From Thermodesulfobacteriota bacterium (GTDB taxonomy: Bacteria; Desulfobacterota_D; UBA1144; Nemesobacterales; CSP1-2): a DNA stretch of 64,000 nucleotides. Under the pieces are notes generated by a model. The model was not told the DNA's origin. It saw only the letters and a list, made by a program, of their open reading frames with translations, and made no database searches. Positions 53,117 to 60,215 of the stretch are shown here, piece after piece. The position numbers and the translations under genes are program-made. The stretch spans positions 4,738-68,737 of the forward strand of contig JBAUII010000068.1 in the NCBI GenBank assembly GCA_049682815.1, in the 5' to 3' direction. How positions within the stretch are numbered: the stretch's first letter is position 1; every line of letters starts with the position of its first letter.

Positions 53117-53359
53117 ATGAAGATCGTAAAAGCAACCGAAGCAAGAAACAATTTATACAGGTTGATTGACGAGGCTAGTGAATCCCATGAGCCGATTCAA
53201 ATATCCGGTAAGCGTTCGAATGCCGTTCTTATATCTGAAGAGGATTGGCGATCCATTCAAGAAACACTTAACTTGGTCTCTATACCAGGGATGAGGGAAT
53301 CAATAATTGAAGGACTTCAGACGCCGGTAGAGGAGTGCTCTGAGGAACCAGAGTGGTGA
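53117..53359 (+). CDS. Phd/YefM-family type II antitoxin
   Basis: The N-terminal (I/V)xAT(E/D)ARxNLxxL(I/L) motif, the approximately 80 aa size and an acidic C-terminus. Confidence 0.75.
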   Translation: MKIVKATEARNNLYRLIDEASESHEPIQISGKRSNAVLISEEDWRSIQETLNLVSIPGMRESIIEGLQTPVEECSEEPEW

Positions 53360-53605
53360 TTAGTCCCTTTAATTATCCAGGAATTAAAATACATTATTTT
53401 TCTCTATAAATTTAATAGCTGCTATTCATAAGGAATTGGAATACTTAAACCAAAAGAAAGAAGAGGACAGTACAGAGGAAATTGATCATAAAAGGAGAAA
53501 GATAATTCAACAAATAGGGGGCGAGAAGAACCAGGCCAAAAAATAACTCATTTATTCATGCCCGCCCCTGTCCTTCCTTCAATCAAGAGTTGCTCCCGAG
53601 GACCT

Positions 53606-53703
53606 TTGTCGGGAATCCGCCACCATTCTGTCATCCCCGAATGCTTTAATCGGGGATCCATAAAGACGTCATTGCGAGTGGCAACGCCACGAAGCAATCT
53701 CAT
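53606..53703. repeat. Family-B hairpin repeat (minus orientation, 53606-53650) immediately followed by a family-A repeat (53668-53703), at the edge of the AT-rich island
   Basis: Same sequence families as in 14148-15675 (TGTCATCCCCGAATGCTTTAATCGGGGATCCAT; GTCATTGCGAGTGGCAACGCCACGAAGCAATCTCA). Confidence 0.7.
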
Positions 53704-54298
53704 ATTCGCCCCCCCTACCCTCCATTCTCTTTCATCATTTGAATCTTGTCATGAGTCCTTTAAAATCCCGTCCCTTCACCCTGTCTGAGCCCTGAGCCTG
53801 TCGAACTATCGAATGGGGTCGAAGGATCGAACGCTGATCCGGGTTCTCCCCATACTCCGACAAGACCATATGAGGCCAAATGCGTGGAATGAGAAAAGGG
53901 CGTGACAAACAAATAAGCAAAGCCTGTGCACAACTTATTCAAATTACAACAATACAAGCCTGACCCGTAGCTCTAAGTAATTATGCAATATCTTATTATC
54001 TAAGTCTCCTCTATCCATTGGTTTGTTTTTAATTTGGTTCATTATTCCTAAAGATTTCATTGAGCGGATTATCATCCTAAGCTCTTCAGGCCAAGCTACA
54101 AAGAAATAGCCAAGCTATGATAACAGGGTGGCACTTATATTATCCTCGATGGTGGTCTGGCGAATATTGCATATTAAACGGCTTTTGTGTATAATCTTTA
54201 CCATATAAAACGAGTATGCACTATTTGTTTAAGACAAACTATAACACAAGAGATTTATTTATTAATATTCAAAAATATCTCTACAAGGGGGTTAATAA

Positions 54299-54677
54299 GA
54301 TGAGAATAAAATTCATATCTCCTAAGGCTGGATATGGGAAAGTAAAATGTACTGTGCACAAAAACGGTAAGTTAGGTTTTTCCCAAGCTGCCATTAAAAG
54401 ATTGAATGTAACCGACTCTAAACATTTCAAAATTGGTGTCAACGAAGAAGATAAGTCTGATGATAGCTTGTACCTTATGGTAACAGAGAATGAAGATAGA
54501 GATACATACAATGTAAATAAAGCCGGCAACTACTATTATCTGAATACTAGAAATTTGTTTGATGAACTAAACCTGAATTATAGAAACAAGCGTATTATAT
54601 ACGATATTGAAGAGATTGAATACGAGGGAACACGATTGTATAAATTAAATAAGAGGGAGTTGGACAGGAGTAAATAG
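54299..54677 (+). CDS. Hypothetical small protein (126 aa), first gene of the AT-rich island
   Basis: A strong RBS (AAGGGGG) lies 8 nt upstream of the ATG at 54299. There are no recognisable motifs. Composition is Lys/Asn/Tyr-rich. Confidence 0.5.
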
Positions 54678-54751
54678 AGGTGATAAATATAGCTTGAATA
54701 TCTATGCATTTATGTTAGATTTCTAAAACCTATTATGACGGAGGAAAAATT

Positions 54752-55897
54752 TTGCATAAATTAACATTTTATCCGCTTGGAAATGCAGATACCTGCAAGA
54801 TTGATCTTTCAGATGGACAAAAGCTTCTCTTTGACTATGCCCACTTGCGAGATAACGAGAATGAAGAAGATCTTCGAGCAGATCTGGAAAAATTGCTCCG
54901 AGAGGATTTAGAAGCAGCAGGACGTGATTATTTCGATGTTGTGGCATTTACGCATGCTGACACAGACCATATAAAACGTGCTTCTGAATTTTTTTTCTTA
55001 GAGCATGCTAGCAAATATCAGGGTGATGAACGTATTAAAATCAAGGAACTTTGGGTTCCTGCCGCTATGATAATCGAAGAAGGATTAAAAGATGATGCTA
55101 GAGTGTTGCGGAGTGAAGCTAGATATCGCCTAAAGAATGGTTTTGGCATAAGAGTTTTTTCTCGACCTGAAAGGCTAAAAGATTGGTTTGAAGAACAAGG
55201 TATAGCAGTAGAGGAGCGGAGTGGATTAATAACCAACGCTGGTCAAACGGTTCCAGGATTTAACAAAGATAGGGACGGAGTTGAGTTTTTTGTTCATTCG
55301 CCTTTTGCACTACGAGATGGTGAAGAATTAGAGGATCGTAATGAGAGTTCTTTAATACTCCATATAACACTCATTTGCAAGGGGAGGGAAACAAAATTTT
55401 TACTCATAGGAGACTCAACGCATGACGCTTTAGCTAATGTAGTGAATATTACAAAATATCACCATAGAGAAGAACGCTTGGAATGGGATATTTACGATAT
55501 ACCCCACCATTGTAGCTACTTAGCACTTAGCGATGAAAAAAGAGCGAAAAAAACTATACCTGCTCCAGAAGTTAAGTGGCTATTAGATCAAGGCAGTAAG
55601 AAGGGTGTTTTAGTATCTAGCAGCAATCCAATTCCAAATGATTATGAAAATCCTCAGCCCCCACATAAGCAGGCAGCAAGTTGTTACGAAGATATTGAGC
55701 AGGGTATAGATGGTAGATTTAAGGTAACGATGGAGCATCCGACTGTATCTAAACCAGAACCATTAGTTATTACCATTGACGAGTGGGGAGCTAAACCAAA
55801 GTTAATTATTTCGGGTGGTGGATCTGCAACTACAAGTCGTCCAGCACCAAGGGCTGGTATTTTGAATGACGCTAAATTATCTTCCAGTACTGGGTGA
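54752..55897 (+). CDS. Metallo-beta-lactamase-fold hydrolase, ComEC/Rec2-like variant (HxDxDH), with ~200-aa C-terminal extension ending in a disordered Gly/Ser/Thr-rich tail (...SGGGSATTSRPAPRAGILNDAKLSSSTG)
   Basis: N-terminal beta strand (KLTFYPLGNADTCKI), THADTDH metal motif, later GDSTHD and HHCSY. Paralogous in these motifs to 58267-59082. Its 3' end overlaps the next gene by 32 nt. Confidence 0.6.
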   Translation: MHKLTFYPLGNADTCKIDLSDGQKLLFDYAHLRDNENEEDLRADLEKLLREDLEAAGRDYFDVVAFTHADTDHIKRASEFFFLEHASKYQGDERIKIKELWVPAAMIIEEGLKDDARVLRSEARYRLKNGFGIRVFSRPERLKDWFEEQGIAVEERSGLITNAGQTVPGFNKDRDGVEFFVHSPFALRDGEELEDRNESSLILHITLICKGRETKFLLIGDSTHDALANVVNITKYHHREERLEWDIYDIPHHCSYLALSDEKRAKKTIPAPEVKWLLDQGSKKGVLVSSSNPIPNDYENPQPPHKQAASCYEDIEQGIDGRFKVTMEHPTVSKPEPLVITIDEWGAKPKLIISGGGSATTSRPAPRAGILNDAKLSSSTG

Positions 55898-58115
55898 TGT
55901 AATATCCAAAAGTGATCTTAGAATTTCTAAAGCCAAAGAGATTTCAGATGCTTTAGAAAAATTACCTTATTTCTCACTTATAGAACTAAGAAGAATAACA
56001 AATCCATATGAGGCGGAAGCGGTAATATTTGATACCGAGGTGGAAATTGGACAAAAAACTATCCATGATATTCGTAGTACGGAACGAATTGCAGTAATTT
56101 TTACTCCAGAAGATAAATTCGTTCCTGAGGTTCTTGGTCTCCGCCCAGATTTTCCTTTAGTCCCTCATTTGAACTTACGTCAACAAGAAAGGCCCCGAAG
56201 CCTTTGTCTATTCAGTGAGAAGTACAGTGAAGTGAAATTTCACTGGACACCAAAATACTTTTTGGAGCGCATCCGTGAATGGTTAGCTCTTAGCGCTAAG
56301 GGTGAACTTCATGGAGATGATCAACCTCTAGAACCATTATTAATAGGATCACCTATAAAACTAATATTTCCATTCGACCTATTTGATGGAAAAAATATTG
56401 ACGAACTTGAATTGATAATAATACGACGTGCCGATTATGGAAGTAACGGATCGACTCTAATTGCTAATCGACAGAAAGACACTCCGACGATTAATAAAGA
56501 AGAGATACGATTTATTGCATTTCCAATCCAGGGCAGGCCTCAAGCGCACGGAATAATTTATAATCAGCCCGCGAATTTGTCAGAGCTTCACGACTTTCTA
56601 GATAGAACAAAGATTGATTTATTGAATGAACTACGAGGCTTTTTGAGAAAGTTTCAAACAAGTCACCCTAATAGTAACTTAATTAGAGCTCACCTTATAT
56701 TGATTATTAATCTCCCTAAGACAAGACATAGTAGTGGTAAACCCGAATCATCAGATATGTGGGCTTTCTGGTTGGAAGACACAATAGAAGAACTAGGAAG
56801 GAAAATTGGAATCTGGGAGAAAAAGGCAGGAGGGTTAGGAATCTTAATACCTCCTGACTATTTTAAAAAGGGTGAAGATGTGAAAATACACATACTCGAT
56901 CCTACACCCTACTTATCACGAGAACTTGCTTCTAAGTTAAATGGATTAAACCGAATAGATGACAGACAATTTTGTCTTGTTGGAGTTGGAGCACTTGGTT
57001 CACAAGTATTGAATAATCTCGTTCGAATGGGTATTGGAAACTGGACAATCATTGATGAAGATTGTTTGCTTCCCCATAATCTTGCTCGTCATGCACTTAC
57101 AAGTATTCATTTGGGATATTCCAAAGCAGAAATGCTTGCGGCAGAAGCGAATGGAATGATAAAAGGTGAGCCAGTCGCAAGCTCCATTGTAACTGATGTT
57201 TTAAATCCCCTAGATTCATTTGAGAATCTAAATTCTGCTTTCAAAGAGGCTCGAGTTATTATAGATGCGTCTGCATCAATCCCAGTTGCTCGACATTTGG
57301 TTCGAGATATCAAATCCAGAGCTCGCCGCCTGTCTATATTTCTCAACCCATCAGGAAGTGATGTCGTTATTCTTGCAGAAGATGAAAAAAGAAAACTTCC
57401 CCTTGATTGTTTGGAAATGCAATATTATCGTTACGTGATAACTAAGCCTAAATTAAAAACTCATTTTCAAAGAAAGGTTGGCTCAGTTCGTTATGCTCGC
57501 TCATGCAGAGACATAAGTAGCACTATTCCACAAGACCTAGTTTCATTACATTCTTCCATATGTTGCCGAGGGATCCTCAGTTTGATTAAGCAGAAGAAGT
57601 CACGTATTTCGATATGGAAGGCTGACATTATTGATTTGACAGTGACGAAATACAACGTTCCAATTTATGAGATTATACAGAGGAAGCTTGGCCCCTGGAC
57701 CTTATGTTTCGATCAGTTTTTGTTAAATAAAATATCAGAATCACGGGAAGAAAAATTGCCAAACGAAACCGGAGGTGTTCTGATAGGATCTTACGACATG
57801 CAAAGAAAGATTGTTTACGTTGTGGATACTATTTTGTCACCTCCTGACAGTTTTGAATATCCGACCGCATATATAAGAGGGTGCAAAGGATTAAAAAAAC
57901 GTGTTGATGAAATTCAAGAAACAACTATAGGAATGTTGAATTATGTAGGAGAGTGGCATTCCCACCCATGTGGATTTAATACTAAACTTAGTGACGATGA
58001 TAAAAAATTGTTTAGCTGGCTGAAAGAAAATATGAATATAGAAGGATTACCTGCATTGATGCTGATTGCAGGAGATAAAGCAAAATACTCGTGGTACCTT
58101 GAGAACACTAGTTAA
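55866..58115 (+). CDS. E2-like / E1 (ThiF) / JAB (JAMM) triple-fusion protein of a ubiquitin-like conjugation-type defence module
   Basis: N-terminal region with the UBC-like motif FPLVPHLN...RSLCLF (HPN..C-like). Central ThiF/E1 Rossmann fold (LVGVGALGSQV...IIDEDCLLPHNLARH). C-terminal JAMM metalloprotease motif (E..GEWHSHP...LSDDD). Confidence 0.7.
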   Translation: MTLNYLPVLGDVISKSDLRISKAKEISDALEKLPYFSLIELRRITNPYEAEAVIFDTEVEIGQKTIHDIRSTERIAVIFTPEDKFVPEVLGLRPDFPLVPHLNLRQQERPRSLCLFSEKYSEVKFHWTPKYFLERIREWLALSAKGELHGDDQPLEPLLIGSPIKLIFPFDLFDGKNIDELELIIIRRADYGSNGSTLIANRQKDTPTINKEEIRFIAFPIQGRPQAHGIIYNQPANLSELHDFLDRTKIDLLNELRGFLRKFQTSHPNSNLIRAHLILIINLPKTRHSSGKPESSDMWAFWLEDTIEELGRKIGIWEKKAGGLGILIPPDYFKKGEDVKIHILDPTPYLSRELASKLNGLNRIDDRQFCLVGVGALGSQVLNNLVRMGIGNWTIIDEDCLLPHNLARHALTSIHLGYSKAEMLAAEANGMIKGEPVASSIVTDVLNPLDSFENLNSAFKEARVIIDASASIPVARHLVRDIKSRARRLSIFLNPSGSDVVILAEDEKRKLPLDCLEMQYYRYVITKPKLKTHFQRKVGSVRYARSCRDISSTIPQDLVSLHSSICCRGILSLIKQKKSRISIWKADIIDLTVTKYNVPIYEIIQRKLGPWTLCFDQFLLNKISESREEKLPNETGGVLIGSYDMQRKIVYVVDTILSPPDSFEYPTAYIRGCKGLKKRVDEIQETTIGMLNYVGEWHSHPCGFNTKLSDDDKKLFSWLKENMNIEGLPALMLIAGDKAKYSWYLENTS

Positions 58116-58266
58116 TTTATCACCTATCATGATAAAGGAAACTCTGAAATTTTGATTTATAGGTGAAACTTGAAAAAAGGATTTGAATTCTTTTTTGTAA
58201 GTTACCAGTAATACTGTGATTACAAAAAAATGAGCATATATGATAATGAACTAAGGAGAATTAGAA

Positions 58267-59082
58267 GTGGAAGTGCATTTTATAGATGTAGGTTGTGGAA
58301 ACATGGTATTAATTGTTCTCCCAGAAGGATCGGTGTTAATTTACGATTGTAATATAACAAATGATAATACAGGGAGGGTTCTTTTATACTTATATAGAAT
58401 CATAGATAATAAATCTATAGATGTCTTTATTAATTCGCATAGAGATGCTGATCATATGAGAGGAATAAAAAAGCTACATGCTGCCAACACAATCAAAGCG
58501 ATTTGGGATACGGGAGTACCTGGAACCACTACTTATTCACCAGAATACAGGGAATATATGGATCTTCGTAGATCGCTTCCTTCAAAAGAGATTGAACCAA
58601 GGAAATACTGGACATATGGAGATGCCAAGCTAAGATGTATGAATTCAAAATGGGAGGACTTCTCTGAGCCAAATGAACAAAGTGTGGTATTGAAAATTGA
58701 GTATAAAGGGTCGTCGGTTATGCTCAGCGGAGATACGAACTATAGACCATGGAAAGAGAAACTTCTTACTTTTTATAAAAACGGTGACCTCGGGTCCGAC
58801 ATTTTGCTTGCTGCTCATCATGGTTCATTATCGTTCTTTGATGATCCATCAAATTCCCAAAATTATTACACCAACCATATTAGAAAAATAAATCCAGCAA
58901 TGACTCTGATATCTGTTGGGCCAAATAATTATGACCTTCCAAATAAGAAAGCCGTTGAGCTCTATGAGAAATTTTCACGAGGTTCCGAGAAAGGAAATAA
59001 AGTTTTCACAACAGAAAATAAAGGTACTATGAAGTTGGTAATGAAAGAAGCGGGAGGCTGGACATTATATAGCAATCAATAA
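58267..59082 (+). CDS. Metallo-beta-lactamase-fold hydrolase, ComEC/Rec2-like variant (HxDxDH, HHGS)
   Basis: VHFIDVGCGNMVLI beta-strand start, SHRDADHMRG, SGDT, AAHHGS. These are the hallmarks of the ComEC-type lactamase_B subfamily. Confidence 0.7.
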   Translation: MEVHFIDVGCGNMVLIVLPEGSVLIYDCNITNDNTGRVLLYLYRIIDNKSIDVFINSHRDADHMRGIKKLHAANTIKAIWDTGVPGTTTYSPEYREYMDLRRSLPSKEIEPRKYWTYGDAKLRCMNSKWEDFSEPNEQSVVLKIEYKGSSVMLSGDTNYRPWKEKLLTFYKNGDLGSDILLAAHHGSLSFFDDPSNSQNYYTNHIRKINPAMTLISVGPNNYDLPNKKAVELYEKFSRGSEKGNKVFTTENKGTMKLVMKEAGGWTLYSNQ

Positions 59083-59084
59083 AA

Positions 59085-59783
59085 ATGGACAAATTAAGTT
59101 ACTATGATGTATTATCAAACCTTCTTCCTGGGCTAGTGTTTGTTTGGGCCTTGGGAGTGCTTGGACCATTCACAAAAGGTACAATCCAGCTTCTTTTAAC
59201 TGGTAATACTATCGTCGATTCGATAATTTTTGTCGCACTAGGTTATGTTGCTGGCCATATTTTACAGTTTATATCGAGATATTCTATAGAACAAATTTTG
59301 AAGAGAATATTTTGGAAAGGAAATTTCTTTTCAGATATTTTTCTAGTATCGGCATTTAAGCAATGTCCCCAAGTTGAATTACGCCGTTATATAGCCATTG
59401 CTGAAAATAAGCTTGGCTTCTCCCGTGATGATTTGGGAGTTTTGTGTGATCCAGATGTTACATCAAATCAATCCAAGAAAGAAAAAGCGATTTCACTCTC
59501 AAGAGCAATTTATCGTGCTATTGATGCAAAGACAAGCGGCTTATCACGTGCACATAAAGCACATATTCAGAATACATTCTATTCATTATTCAGAAATCTT
59601 TCGGTAGTTTTTCTGATACTAGGACTGTCTGATTTGTTAGCAATAATCTTACATTTTGTACCACTAAGTAAAAAGATGACGTTTCTCATAGTAGTTAACT
59701 TTGCAATCTCGGTAATTTTTTTTATTAGAGCAAAACAACGTGGCGAATTATATGTAAGAAGTTTATTTTGGAGCTATATTTGA
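59085..59783 (+). CDS. Hypothetical integral membrane protein (about 4-5 TM helices)
   Basis: Hydrophobic helices at the N- and C-termini. Starts 3 nt after the preceding stop. Confidence 0.45.
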   Translation: MDKLSYYDVLSNLLPGLVFVWALGVLGPFTKGTIQLLLTGNTIVDSIIFVALGYVAGHILQFISRYSIEQILKRIFWKGNFFSDIFLVSAFKQCPQVELRRYIAIAENKLGFSRDDLGVLCDPDVTSNQSKKEKAISLSRAIYRAIDAKTSGLSRAHKAHIQNTFYSLFRNLSVVFLILGLSDLLAIILHFVPLSKKMTFLIVVNFAISVIFFIRAKQRGELYVRSLFWSYI

Positions 59784-59873
59784 GAATTATGGAAGTTCTT
59801 GAAAAAAGCTGAACGGGAACTTGTTCTATAAAAAAATAAAACGGAATTTAATCCCATAAGGAGGCCTAAAATA

Positions 59874-60125
59874 ATGCCATCAAAAAGAGATAATTATCGA
59901 TATGAACTCCGCGATAAGGGTTCATTAGTTTATGTGGGGATTACAAATGATCCTGAAAAGAGGGAGCAGGAGCATAAGGGTGAAAGAAAAAGATTCACTA
60001 GTATGAACATTATTACGCCCCCTGTTACACAAGATTCAGCTGAGAGATGGGAAGAAAAAAGGCTGGAAACATACCGCACAAATCATCAAGGGAAAAACCC
60101 CCGATATAACAAGACGGGAATATAA
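59874..60125 (+). CDS. Small GIY-YIG-like domain protein
   Basis: YRYEL...LVYVGITNDPEKREQEH matches the GIY-(10-11)-YIG..R..E/H N-terminal motif. An RBS (GGAGG) lies upstream. Confidence 0.5.
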   Translation: MPSKRDNYRYELRDKGSLVYVGITNDPEKREQEHKGERKRFTSMNIITPPVTQDSAERWEEKRLETYRTNHQGKNPRYNKTGI

Positions 60126-60215
60126 ACAGGTTCTATCTAGTTCATACAAGCTTATTATCTTAACGACGATACGGAAGTCTTATCTCTTGCTTCGCATGTG
60201 TTCCTTTTAAGATTA

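Noticed and set aside
53780-53870. tRNA/tmRNA-like segment (GGGGTCGAAGGATCGAACGCTGATCC...)
   Set aside because: A cloverleaf could not be built. There is no 7-bp acceptor stem, no T-loop consensus and no CCA-compatible end. It is probably just intergenic sequence.
54216-54298. Upstream ATG at 54216 as start of the small island protein
   Set aside because: The strong RBS sits before the ATG at 54299. The extra 28 codons are very AT-rich and look like a promoter or leader.
54752-59082. Canonical CBASS type II operon
   Set aside because: No CD-NTase (GS...DxD nucleotidyltransferase) gene is present in or beside the module. The flanking genes are MBL-fold hydrolases instead, so it is treated as a related but distinct module.
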